The notes: generated by a model from the letters alone, not told the origin. Numbered from the stretch's first letter, positions 18,998 through 28,721 are shown. The stretch is 64,000 nt of DNA from Abditibacterium sp. (GCA_965199495.1 CBDASK010000003.1:2976001-3040000), one strand, 5' to 3'. Translations and numbers: made by a program.

Positions 18998-20407
18998 ATG
19001 AAATCCATCCACAAACTTTCCGCTTTGCTACTCGCTGGCGGTCTATTAATTCCCACCACGCTAACACATGCCGCTCAGGGCGATGCGACCGCGTTCATCT
19101 CACAAATACAGGTGCCGAACGGTCTCACTGCGGTATTTGCGAACAGCAAAATTGTAAAATTGTCCAACGGTATCGTCGTTGTGCCGACGATTGACCGCAC
19201 TGCGCCGCGCGTAGCGATTTCACTGCTGGTTGGCGAAGGCTCGGCCAACGAATCCACGGACAACGCCGGTTGGCGCCGTTTGCTGGTCGGCGCGATGTCG
19301 CGCCAAGCGCCCGAAGGTTATGCGTTGGGCGATACGCCGACCGCGCAACAGGAAAGTTTGGTGCGCGCCGCCGCAGATTTGGGCGGCGTCATCACGGTTT
19401 CGGTGGGCGATGATGTCATCGAAATTTCGGTCGTGGGCGAAAGCACGCGTGGCAACGATTTGCTGAAATTGGCGCTGGCGTTGCTGCAAAATCCGCGCTT
19501 GACCGACGAGAATATCGCCAAAGTGCGCGAGGCGCAACTCAATCGTATCGGGGCGGAAGATTTGGATCCGACGACTCAAATTGACGCCGCGATTCGCACG
19601 CAGGTTTTTCGCGACAAAAACGGCAAATTGGCCGCCTACGGTTTGCCCGATAACGGCACCGCGCAATCCATTGAGTCGCTCGATAACGCCAAATTGCGCG
19701 AATTGCAAAAGTCATTGGCCAATGCGCCGCTCACGGTTTCGGCGGCGGGCGACGTAAACTTGAAGGCGCTGTACGAAACTTTGTCGCAGTTGCCCGCGCG
19801 CTCGAACGTGACGACGATGCGACCCGCATTCGTGCCGCCTAAAATCGGCGCGCCCGCGCTCAAAGTGCGCGAACTGCCCGGCGATGGCGCTTACGTTTTG
19901 GTTTCTTATCCGCTCGACACTTTCGATGCTGCCGACGGCCCCGCGATGCGCGTTTTGGTGGCGGCTCTGAGCGACGCCAAAGGCGCGCGTTTGCCGACGC
20001 GTTTAACGGATGCGCCCGGCAAAAAAGGGCCGCAAGCCGAAACGGTTTTGGCGCAGTGGCTCAGTCGCCGCTATGCCAGCGAACTGTTGCTGACCGCGCA
20101 GACCGACCCAGAAAACGTCGCAGGCGTGCAGAAAGTTTTGCTCGAAGAAGTCGGCAAACTGCGCCAGACCAACATCAGCGCCGCCGAACTCGACCGCGCC
20201 AAAGCGTTTTCGCGCGGCGATTGGGCGCTCGACCGCCAAACATTGCGCGACCGCGCGTTTTTGAGCGGCCTGCCAACAGCCACCGGCAAGCCCGCCGATG
20301 CGACATGGGAGGCGCGTTTGAACAAAGTCACGGCGGACGACGTGAAACGCGTCGCCAACAAATATCTCCAGTCGTCCGCCGTGGCTGTTGTGTTGCCCAA
20401 GGAGTAA
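18998..20407 (+). CDS. Exported M16B peptidase-like protein, non-catalytic subunit type
   Basis: Signal peptide, KLSNGIVV and VTADDVKRVANKYL; no HxxEH motif. Confidence 0.85.
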   Translation: MKSIHKLSALLLAGGLLIPTTLTHAAQGDATAFISQIQVPNGLTAVFANSKIVKLSNGIVVVPTIDRTAPRVAISLLVGEGSANESTDNAGWRRLLVGAMSRQAPEGYALGDTPTAQQESLVRAAADLGGVITVSVGDDVIEISVVGESTRGNDLLKLALALLQNPRLTDENIAKVREAQLNRIGAEDLDPTTQIDAAIRTQVFRDKNGKLAAYGLPDNGTAQSIESLDNAKLRELQKSLANAPLTVSAAGDVNLKALYETLSQLPARSNVTTMRPAFVPPKIGAPALKVRELPGDGAYVLVSYPLDTFDAADGPAMRVLVAALSDAKGARLPTRLTDAPGKKGPQAETVLAQWLSRRYASELLLTAQTDPENVAGVQKVLLEEVGKLRQTNISAAELDRAKAFSRGDWALDRQTLRDRAFLSGLPTATGKPADATWEARLNKVTADDVKRVANKYLQSSAVAVVLPKE

Positions 20408-20453
20408 CTATTTATGTTCAACTTTTCGTCGTGTAGAAATATTTTGTGTAAAT

Positions 20454-20635
20454 GTAGATAGAACCTATCACACCCCCTCTGTCCTTCGGACATCTCCCCC
20501 TCCGAAAGGGGGAGAGGCGCTCGAACCCTCGACATCCCCAGAACAAAAGTGCGAAGTGAACGGCCACAGCGCCTCTCCCCCTTTCGGAGGGGGAGATGTC
20601 CGAAGGACAGAGGGGGTGTGATAGGTTCTATCTAC
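20454..20635. repeat. CACCCCCTCTGTCCTTCGG-family palindromic element, copy 3, 68-bp perfect inverted repeat
   Basis: 20454-20521 is the exact reverse complement of 20568-20635. Confidence 0.92.
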
Positions 20636-20682
20636 CCATAACTATCCAAATTATCCTATGCGACGAAATTTGTAAAAGTTCA

Positions 20683-21570
20683 ATGCCCAGCCATTCCCAT
20701 CCCACCGTTTCGTTCACCGTCACTGGCGAAACGCGCGAGACGCCGCTCGAATCGCTCCGCGAAATCTGGCGATTTCGCGCGCTCGTCGTCGAATTGGTGC
20801 AGCGCGATTTGCGCATCCGCTACAAGAAACGCGTCGGCGGCATTTTGTGGAGTTTGCTGCCCGCGCTGATGCAAGTCGCGATTATTTCGCTGATGGTTAA
20901 GCTGTTCTTGAAAGACATCGAAGGCGGCGTTTCGGGTTACTTGTTGCCGGTCGTTTTTCTGTGGGAGTTTTTCAAAAACACGATTTTAGATTCGGCCCAG
21001 AGCATGGTTTTGAACGCGCAGTTAGCGCGGAAAATCTATTTTCCGCGCGCGATTTTGCCGATTGTCACTTTACTGACCAATCTGCTGCATTTCGTGATTT
21101 CGTTCGCGTTTATGCTGGTTTATTTTTTGGTCAAACCGGTCGGCAATCCGATTTATCCGCAGCATCTACAACCCAAATTTTTGCTGGTTTTCCCGATTGT
21201 TTTGTGCGTGGGATTTCTGGCGTTGGGTTTTGGCTATCTGCTGGCCTATCTCAGCACGATTTACGACGATGTGCGATTTTTGCTGAATAATCTGTTGCAG
21301 CTCGTCTATTACACCATCCCCGTTTTTTATACGCTCGAACAGGTCGCGACGCGGCCCGGCATTTATCATATTTACATGCTCAATCCCATCGCGGCGCTCA
21401 TCGCGGGGTTCCAGCGCGCCCTGTTGCCGCCGCCCGGCGTTATCGGCACCACGCCGCTCGCTTATCCCACGACCTATGTCGCCCTCGCTTGTGCGGTTAG
21501 CATCGTAGTTTTGCTTCTGGGATTCGTCACTTTCGAGCGTTCCAAATGGACGATGATGGAGCGTTTGTAG
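20683..21570 (+). CDS. Polysaccharide/teichoic acid ABC-2 exporter permease (Wzm-like)
   Basis: RDLRIRYK...GILWSLL, KIYFPR and LNPIAALI motifs. Confidence 0.92.
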   Translation: MPSHSHPTVSFTVTGETRETPLESLREIWRFRALVVELVQRDLRIRYKKRVGGILWSLLPALMQVAIISLMVKLFLKDIEGGVSGYLLPVVFLWEFFKNTILDSAQSMVLNAQLARKIYFPRAILPIVTLLTNLLHFVISFAFMLVYFLVKPVGNPIYPQHLQPKFLLVFPIVLCVGFLALGFGYLLAYLSTIYDDVRFLLNNLLQLVYYTIPVFYTLEQVATRPGIYHIYMLNPIAALIAGFQRALLPPPGVIGTTPLAYPTTYVALACAVSIVVLLLGFVTFERSKWTMMERL

Positions 21571-21574
21571 AGCA

Positions 21575-22333
21575 ATGGAAAATATCGAAAACGCCATCGA
21601 GTTCGATCATGTGACCAAGCAATTCACGCTGATTCATCGCGAGCGCAGCGTCAAATCGGCGATTATGAAACTGCTGATCTGGCAGCCCGCGCGCAAAGAG
21701 CTTTTCACCGCGCTGCAAGACGTTTCGTTTGCCATCCCGCCCGGCCAAACCGTCGGTGTCGTCGGCAAAAATGGACAGGGCAAATCCACGTTACTGTCCA
21801 TGCTGGCGCGCATCTATCGCCCAACGCGCGGGCGCATCACGGTGCGCGGTCGGGTCGCGTCGCTGTTGGAATTGTCGGCGGGTTTTCAGCCCGAATTCAC
21901 CGGCTACGAAAACATTTTTCTCAACGGCGTCATTTACGGCCTGACGCACGAGCAGATCAACGCCAGAATAGACGACATCGCCGCGTTCGCGGGCATCCAC
22001 GACCAATTGACGCAACAGGTCAAACACTATTCGTCGGGCATGATGGCGCGATTGGGGTTTGCCATCGCCGCGCACGTCGAGCCGGACGTTTTGCTGGTTG
22101 ACGAAGTTTTAGCCGTGGGTGACGCCGAGTTTCAGGAGCGTTGCTTCCAAAAAATCGAGGAATTCAAACGTCACGGCGTCACGATTTTCGTGGTGTCACA
22201 CGATTTGCGTGCGTTGCGCCGCGTGTGCGACCGCGTATTGTGGATCGAAAATCACAAATTGAAAATGGATGGGCCGATGTCGCAGGTTTTGAATTTGTAT
22301 GAACAAACGCCGGAATCGGTCGAAGGTGGATAA
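21575..22333 (+). CDS. Polysaccharide ABC exporter ATPase (Wzt-like)
   Basis: GKNGQGKST, YSSGM.ARLGF and DEVLAVGD motifs. Confidence 0.95.
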   Translation: MENIENAIEFDHVTKQFTLIHRERSVKSAIMKLLIWQPARKELFTALQDVSFAIPPGQTVGVVGKNGQGKSTLLSMLARIYRPTRGRITVRGRVASLLELSAGFQPEFTGYENIFLNGVIYGLTHEQINARIDDIAAFAGIHDQLTQQVKHYSSGMMARLGFAIAAHVEPDVLLVDEVLAVGDAEFQERCFQKIEEFKRHGVTIFVVSHDLRALRRVCDRVLWIENHKLKMDGPMSQVLNLYEQTPESVEGG

Positions 22334-22384
22334 ACGAAATGGCGCAACCCCAAAAGGTTGCGCCGTTTTTGTTGATAATCTCGC

Positions 22385-24643
22385 TTAGCCGTTCGCCGTG
22401 GCTGCTGTTTGGGACGAGATCGCGCGCCGCGCCATTTGCACGCGCTCGAACAAATCTGTTTCGTCCTTGGTGGGCGTTCCAAACGGTGCCGCCAAAACCT
22501 CGGAGGCTTCAGCGCGACGTTCCATACGCTCCAACAGTCCAGCCAACAATAGGCGCGCTTTCCACTGATTATCGCGGCTGATGGCGGGCCGCGTCAACAG
22601 GCCGCGCGCTAAAACGCCCGTTGCGTTGGCGGCGCTTCGGTTCGCTGGCGGTTCGCGTCCGTCCTCGAACGCGCGCGCGAACATCGAATGGATGGCGCGC
22701 ATAATTTCGCTTTCCGTCATTTTGTCGTGCGGGCGCGCCAACAATTGCCGCGCGATGCGCATTCGCGCGGCGTTGGGCGCTACATCCAAACGCTCGGCCC
22801 AACCGAAATTCCACTTCTGCGTGCGCTCTTGCGCCAGATTGCGACGCAAAACTTCGGCCTCTTGCGCGGTGATGCTGGGCTGCAACGCCTTGCCGCCGCT
22901 CGGACTGCCGCGCGTCGAACTGAGCCATTGCGCGTGCTGCATCAAACGTTCGTAAACGATGTTGAGGCGGTCGAGATCGTTCGCGCCCAACTCGTTTTTG
23001 AGCGGTTTCCACAACTCGAACGCCGCCGCGTGCTGCCCGCCCGCCGAGAGCGCCGAGGCCGCCGCGAAGCGCCAATCGAGCGACGCGTTTTGGATGGTTT
23101 CGCTCTGGCGCGCGATGTGACGCGCCAAGTCGTTGGTGATGCCGACCTTATTCCATTTCAACGCCCACAACGGTTTATCGGCGCGTTCCGCCCCCTTGAG
23201 CGGCCAATTCTGGCTTTGCGAATAGGCGTTCCATGCGGCGGTTGTGGCCTCGTTGTCGCCCGATGTCGCGAACAATTTGTATTGGCCGAAGCCGAGGGGA
23301 GTCGTGTTGACGAAATCAGCAAGCGCCGCGCGCACGATGGTTTGCGTGCGGGCTTTAGGCGCGCGGTCGGCGCCATCGAAGAGCGCGCGATAGGCGGCAA
23401 AACCCTGTTCTGGCGGCACGTTTTCGGTGCGCAAACCGGCGAATCCGCGCAAGGACATCAACAAAAACCAGCGCCGTGAACCCGGTTTGGACGCGTTTGC
23501 CGCCTTCACGAGCAGTTTCCAACCGGCATCCGTGGGCAAAGCGTGCGTGCGGTGCGCGCCGAAATACAAACCGCGCAATAAAGCCGCGCAGCGCGGCTTT
23601 TCGATGTCGCGCAGCAAACGCGCCACGGTCGTTCGATCCCAATTCACCGGCGCGGGCGGCCCGATTTTTTCCAATTGCAGCCGCCGTGGCTGCAAGACGC
23701 GCGGCGAGTTTTCGCCGTTCAAACCGCCTTCGGCCCCATAAGCATTGGTGTCGGCGAGTTCGGTGAGCAACGCATCCACGACAAAACGCGGGTCGAAACG
23801 CGGCGTCAAATCCGCCGTGTAAACGCCGTTTTTGCCGCGCGTAAAACGCGGTTGCCAACGCGTAAAATGCGCGACATCCGCCGGAGCGAGCGTTCCGAAC
23901 AACGCGCTGTGCCCGGAGTCCGGCAACACGAAATTGGCATAAATATAATCGCCGTCGGGCGCTCCGTCACCGTCGAGATCGGGGCCGTAATCGCGCCGCC
24001 ACAAACGGCCCGCGATACCGGATGTCCCAAATTTCATCTTGTGTCCAACAATCGGCACCTGTTTTCCGGCGCGCTCAAAACTCATGCGATAAGTCACGTC
24101 TTGCGCTTCGCCCAGCGTCCGAATGCGCGGCTCCGTCCAACTTTCGCTGCTGTCCAATTCGTTCCAAGCGCCCTCAATTTCCCTCTCTTCTTCGGGCAAA
24201 GTCGCGCCCGCATAAGCCAGTTGCACCACGTCCAAACGCATTCCCGAAACGACTTTACCCAATGCGACGCCATTTTCGTCGGTGAGCGGTTGCGTCATAA
24301 CGATGCGCGGCGCGCCCGGCGCGTCATCGCCAGCCACGCCAAACACACCGGCGCCGCCTTCGACTATTTTTGGGACGGGCACGCGAAACCCGACCATCTT
24401 TTCGCCGAAAGTCCCGTCGCCCGCGCGCATTCCGCCCGTCGTCGCGGTGATTTTGAAACGCGCTTCATGCACTGCATCGCCTTCGATGCCGCCGATGGCG
24501 AACGATTTGTCGAGCAACTCGAACTTAATTTGCGGCACAAACGGCGAACGGCCCGACGACGGCGCATCTGCGGTTTGCGCGCGCGCCGACGGGGGCGCGA
24601 ACAGCAAGAAAACAGCGATGCCGGGGCAGAGAAAACGAATCAT
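22385..24643 (-). CDS. Large exported hypothetical protein
   Basis: About 750-aa ORF with a signal peptide, a DLDGDGAPDGD motif, a beta-rich N-terminal half and a helical C-terminal half. Confidence 0.7.
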   Translation of the reverse strand: MIRFLCPGIAVFLLFAPPSARAQTADAPSSGRSPFVPQIKFELLDKSFAIGGIEGDAVHEARFKITATTGGMRAGDGTFGEKMVGFRVPVPKIVEGGAGVFGVAGDDAPGAPRIVMTQPLTDENGVALGKVVSGMRLDVVQLAYAGATLPEEEREIEGAWNELDSSESWTEPRIRTLGEAQDVTYRMSFERAGKQVPIVGHKMKFGTSGIAGRLWRRDYGPDLDGDGAPDGDYIYANFVLPDSGHSALFGTLAPADVAHFTRWQPRFTRGKNGVYTADLTPRFDPRFVVDALLTELADTNAYGAEGGLNGENSPRVLQPRRLQLEKIGPPAPVNWDRTTVARLLRDIEKPRCAALLRGLYFGAHRTHALPTDAGWKLLVKAANASKPGSRRWFLLMSLRGFAGLRTENVPPEQGFAAYRALFDGADRAPKARTQTIVRAALADFVNTTPLGFGQYKLFATSGDNEATTAAWNAYSQSQNWPLKGAERADKPLWALKWNKVGITNDLARHIARQSETIQNASLDWRFAAASALSAGGQHAAAFELWKPLKNELGANDLDRLNIVYERLMQHAQWLSSTRGSPSGGKALQPSITAQEAEVLRRNLAQERTQKWNFGWAERLDVAPNAARMRIARQLLARPHDKMTESEIMRAIHSMFARAFEDGREPPANRSAANATGVLARGLLTRPAISRDNQWKARLLLAGLLERMERRAEASEVLAAPFGTPTKDETDLFERVQMARRAISSQTAATANG

Positions 24644-24681
24644 TGACATTAAATTTATCAACAATGCCAATCAACTGCGTT

Positions 24682-26034
24682 TTAATTCGACGCCTTCGCG
24701 GCTTGATCCAATGCGCGTTGCGCGTGTTCGCGCAAATAGGAATCGGGATGATTGCGCGCTGTTTCTCGTGTAATTTCCAACGCTGCTGGCGAGCCGATGG
24801 AGACTAACAAATCAACCGCGCTCGATGCACTAAAATCGGAGTGGTGCCGCAAAAACGCGGCGATTAAACCCAATTCGTCCGTGACCGGCGGGCGCGTGGC
24901 TGTATCGAGGCGCGAGTAAATCTGTTCGAGCGAACTGACGGTTGCCCTTTCCAAATCGTTGGGCAAGTCGGGCCGTTTCAAAACGGCGAACAGTGGTGCG
25001 ACGGCGCGCGTATCGGCGCTTTCGCCCAAAGTGCGCGCGGCGTCTAATTGCACCTGCGCGCTCGGATCGTCCAACATTTCGATGATGCGCGGCACGACTT
25101 CGGACGCTTTACCTTCGCGCAACCAGCCGATGAAACGCGAGGGCGCCAGAGCGCGCACACGTTCGTCGGCATCGTCCAAACGTGCGACGAGCGCAGCTTT
25201 GGCGGCGGGCGTGCGGTCGTTGCTATTGCCCACATCAATCATGGCGCGAATTCTAATTTCCGGGTTGGGATGTCGAGTCAAATCAACTAAAATCGCGTCG
25301 GTTGCGGGCGTCTCATAGGTCGCCAGGGCCAGACTGGCGTCATCAATTAATGTCTCGTGATCGCCGCGCGCGATAGCTACAATCAACGGCAACGCGAGTT
25401 GCGAACGCTGAAATCGCAAGCCGCGCAACGCGGTCTGTTTCACATCCGCATCGGGATTTCTGAGTAATTCGGTCAACTCCTTTTCAAACGACGCCGAGTT
25501 GTCGCGGTCGAACGGCAAATTTGAGATAACGCGTCGCGCCTCGCTTTTGAGAATCGGATTCTCGCTGGTCGCCAACCCAAACATCGCGCGTGCGAGGGAT
25601 TCTTTAGCGGCAATGGGCGGCAACTTCAGCAACGTTTCGATGGCCTCGAAAGTTTGCATTTTGGTCTGCGGCGTATAGGTCAGCGATGCCCAACCGTCGT
25701 CCATAATTGTCAGAGGCGCCGCGCGCTTCAAGAACAAAACGACGGTTTCGCCCTCGCGAAAAATCCGCGAAGCCATGCTGGTAACTTCGACGGGAGCGAC
25801 TTCGACAACCGATGCAGCCACGTCGCCTTTGAAGTTGCGTTCGATGGCGAATTGCGCGCGTCCTTGAGCGATGTTTTGTATCGTGCCCGCCAAGATCAAA
25901 TCGCTGGTTTGCGCGCGCTCCAAAAACGAGACATTGGGCGACATAAACGCGTGCGCCGGACGCGCCATCAATATCAAACAAAACGCCACCGAGAAAACGA
26001 CGGTTTGGGAGATGAGCGAAAAGTTGAGTTTCAT
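24682..26034 (-). CDS. Exported HEAT-repeat protein
   Basis: Signal peptide ending AHA; repeated LxDxxxxVR...A helical units. Confidence 0.85.
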   Translation of the reverse strand: MKLNFSLISQTVVFSVAFCLILMARPAHAFMSPNVSFLERAQTSDLILAGTIQNIAQGRAQFAIERNFKGDVAASVVEVAPVEVTSMASRIFREGETVVLFLKRAAPLTIMDDGWASLTYTPQTKMQTFEAIETLLKLPPIAAKESLARAMFGLATSENPILKSEARRVISNLPFDRDNSASFEKELTELLRNPDADVKQTALRGLRFQRSQLALPLIVAIARGDHETLIDDASLALATYETPATDAILVDLTRHPNPEIRIRAMIDVGNSNDRTPAAKAALVARLDDADERVRALAPSRFIGWLREGKASEVVPRIIEMLDDPSAQVQLDAARTLGESADTRAVAPLFAVLKRPDLPNDLERATVSSLEQIYSRLDTATRPPVTDELGLIAAFLRHHSDFSASSAVDLLVSIGSPAALEITRETARNHPDSYLREHAQRALDQAAKASN

Positions 26035-26039
26035 ATCAT

Positions 26040-27215
26040 TTAATTTTCCGATTGACGCCGCGAAACCCACGCATGAATTAACAAACCTTGAAAGAACTCG
26101 ACAGGCATTTCAAATCCGCCCGCTTCAATTATCACCTCGACTTCGTGCGGCGGCAAAACCACATTGTTGGTCACATAGCCCGCCGTGAATTTCTCTATTT
26201 CGTCGTCGGGAACGCCAGAAAATCTCATCATTCCAATCCAGCTTTCCAACAATTTTTTGTAATTATAAGTTGAAACATCCGACGCCAAATCGGAACTGAC
26301 GAGCAACGCGCCCGGCTTCAGACGCGCCGCGATTTCGCTAAAAAAACTGGCCCGCGCCTCGCGTTGCGAAAAACTATGCGAGACCATCAGCGCCGTGGCT
26401 GCATCGTAAGCCACGCCGCCCGGCAACGTATCGAGCGCGCCTTCATGAAACGTGCAACGACTGGAAAAACCCAACTCTTCGACGCGCGCGCGACAAATAT
26501 CGAGCATCGCTTTCGCTGGCTCAACCGCCGTGAATTTCCAGTTCGGATAAACCTTCGCCAATTCGATGAGTTCGGTTCCGGTTCCCAATCCAACGCATAA
26601 AACGTGCGCATCGGCGGGCAAATCGGCCAGCACGAAACGCATGGAAAAACGCAGCGCATCGAACAAAGGCGCCGACGGATTCATACGCTCATCGTAAGTT
26701 TGGGCGCGTTTACGGTCGAAGACAATTGTGGATTTACTGGCGACAATTTCGTCCAAGCTAACCGCGTTCTGGCAACGCACCAACGCCTGATAACGATTGG
26801 CGCCCGCTTCCAATCCGCCCGCCGTCCGCCACAGTTTGTCGCCATCGTAGTTGGTAGTTTCAATCGCGCGTTGATGATTATATTCGCCAAATAACGTAGT
26901 GAAATCGGGCACGAACTCATAATCGCCGATAACTTCGACGACCAATTCGCGGCCCTTGTCGCCCGACAAAATTATCAGGTCGCCAATTTGAACGTCGTGG
27001 CAAAAGCTCCACAAGCTCTCCGAACCCGACTTGAAATTGGGGCGGATCGGCGGCGGATAATGAGTTGGAAGAGTGGCTTTAATATCAGCTTTGGTTTGAT
27101 ATTGCGTCACATCTCCGACTTTGCCCCAACCGATGGTGATGCGCCGGTTTTTGCGTATCCAAGCCATCGCCGTGGCTCTGTCGGTGTGATGAACGATCAT
27201 TCTCCATATAGTCAT
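26040..27215 (-). CDS. Fusion of a restriction-system-type N-terminal domain and a class I SAM methyltransferase
   Basis: Residues 1-155 carry ITIGW, VQIGDLII and GDYEF, resembling Mrr/McrB N-terminal domains; the C-terminal part has LCVGLGTG, AVEPAKAML and LKPGA. Confidence 0.7.
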   Translation of the reverse strand: MTIWRMIVHHTDRATAMAWIRKNRRITIGWGKVGDVTQYQTKADIKATLPTHYPPPIRPNFKSGSESLWSFCHDVQIGDLIILSGDKGRELVVEVIGDYEFVPDFTTLFGEYNHQRAIETTNYDGDKLWRTAGGLEAGANRYQALVRCQNAVSLDEIVASKSTIVFDRKRAQTYDERMNPSAPLFDALRFSMRFVLADLPADAHVLCVGLGTGTELIELAKVYPNWKFTAVEPAKAMLDICRARVEELGFSSRCTFHEGALDTLPGGVAYDAATALMVSHSFSQREARASFFSEIAARLKPGALLVSSDLASDVSTYNYKKLLESWIGMMRFSGVPDDEIEKFTAGYVTNNVVLPPHEVEVIIEAGGFEMPVEFFQGLLIHAWVSRRQSEN

Positions 27216-27302
27216 GGGTGCGGAGTTTAACGATTAGCTTAAAATGGGTCTGCTCCGACATCAATGTTGAAGCGTCATACTACTTCGATAATCATCAAAA
27301 CT

Positions 27303-28037
27303 ATGTCCGATTCTCTTGATATTTATGGAGGCAAAGACCCACGCGAAATACCCGCTTATGCGGTGTCGACGGCGGCTTATTTGTTAAATTTGCCGACGAC
27401 GACACTGCAAAAATGGGTTTCGGGACGACCTTCACGCGCGTCATCAGGAAGTGCGCCCAATGTCGAGCCGCTTATCGCTCGTCCCGTTGGTTCGAGTGCG
27501 CTCTCGTTTTTCAATCTGCTTGAATGTCATACGCTTTCTGCATTTCGGCGCCAGAATATTTCGCCTCTCAACAGACGTAAAGCCATCGAAACTTTGCGCG
27601 AGATGTTTCCAGATTCGACTCATCCGCTGTTGGGCCTGGAATTTCAGACCGACGGCACCAGTTTGTTCGTGCAAAAATGGGGCGCTCTGGTTAATCTTTC
27701 CAGAGGAGGGCAATTAGCGATGCGCGAACTTATTGAAGTGCATCTGAAACGAATCAAATTAGACGAAAGCGGATTGCCAGTCAAGTTATTTCCCTTTATC
27801 AGTAATCCTGACGCGCCCATCGAGCAACTACGCCATGAACCGCGCCCCGTGCAAATTGACGCGGGCATTTCGTTTGGCAGACCGGTTTTGAGCGGGACGG
27901 GCATTACAACTCTCTCCATCGCCGAACGCTTCAAAGCGGGCGAAGCGCCCGAAGAAATCGCCGACGATTATGGGCGCGAGCTTTCGGAGATTATGCAAGC
28001 CGTGCGCTATGAATTGCGCTTGCGCGAGGCAGCATAG
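27303..28037 (+). CDS. DUF433-domain antitoxin (VapB45-like)
   Basis: N-terminal HTH (AAYLLNLPTTTLQKW), LSFFNLLE and C-terminal ISFGRPVLSGTGI...ERFKAGE..EIADDY. Confidence 0.9.
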   Translation: MSDSLDIYGGKDPREIPAYAVSTAAYLLNLPTTTLQKWVSGRPSRASSGSAPNVEPLIARPVGSSALSFFNLLECHTLSAFRRQNISPLNRRKAIETLREMFPDSTHPLLGLEFQTDGTSLFVQKWGALVNLSRGGQLAMRELIEVHLKRIKLDESGLPVKLFPFISNPDAPIEQLRHEPRPVQIDAGISFGRPVLSGTGITTLSIAERFKAGEAPEEIADDYGRELSEIMQAVRYELRLREAA

Positions 28038-28039
28038 AA

Positions 28040-28483
28040 ATGAGCCAAAGCATTTCGGGCGACGAAACGGAAGCTACAATCGTTCTGTTTCTGGATGAAA
28101 ACCTGAGCGGAAAAATCGTCTCTAATGCGCTGTCCGAAGCTGACATCGCGCACGAAACTCACGGCGCTCATTTCAAAGCGGGCGCTCTTGACATAGAATG
28201 GTTACCCGAAGTCGGACAGCGTGGCTGGATTGCAATTACCAAAGACGCGAGAATAAGATATAACCCACTCGAAATAGAATCGCTGCGCAATGCTGGGGTG
28301 GGCGCATTTGTTCTATCGTCAGATAATCTGACCGCGCCCCAAATCGCTGCGGCGTTAGTCGCGGCTTTCCCGAAAATGGAAGAGTTCGTTTTGGTTCATT
28401 CCAAGCCGTTCATCGCCAAATTTTACCGCGACGGGCGCGTTGTCGGATGGAAAAATTTTGAGGAAGAGGAAGACGTTCAATAA
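28040..28483 (+). CDS. PIN-like toxin (VapC45-like)
   Basis: FLDENL, DIEWL and ITKDARIR motifs; starts 2 nt downstream of the DUF433 gene. Confidence 0.88.
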   Translation: MSQSISGDETEATIVLFLDENLSGKIVSNALSEADIAHETHGAHFKAGALDIEWLPEVGQRGWIAITKDARIRYNPLEIESLRNAGVGAFVLSSDNLTAPQIAAALVAAFPKMEEFVLVHSKPFIAKFYRDGRVVGWKNFEEEEDVQ

Positions 28484-28492
28484 AACGAAACT

Positions 28493-28721
28493 TCACTCCA
28501 TATACTCTTTGAAATCATCCAACGGTTCATCGAAATCGGGCGCCATTTGGATTAATCCGCGCGTTACCGAATGTGCGTTTGCGTTTGGCATGAGGTTTCG
28601 GCACGAGTTACATCGATAATCCGTCGCGCGTGATAAAGACGTTCTACCCGACATTGCGGCTTCGATCAGATCGGGGTAAATCCGTTCTGGCTTCATCGAG
28701 AGTTGGTATTTGCGTAATCAT
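28493..28721 (-). pseudogene. Decayed Phd/YefM-type antitoxin with DUF2281-like tail
   Basis: Joining frames gives MITQIPTLDEARTDLP/DLIEAAMSG/NVFITRDGLSM*LVPKPHAKRKRTFGNA/RGLIQMAPDFDEPLDDFKEYME, with three frameshifts and one stop. Confidence 0.75.

Noticed and set aside
20596..20682. MSEGQRGCD-starting ORFs (20596 + and 18600-18815 -) as a repeated peptide family
   Set aside because: They are translations of the same palindromic element arm, not genes.
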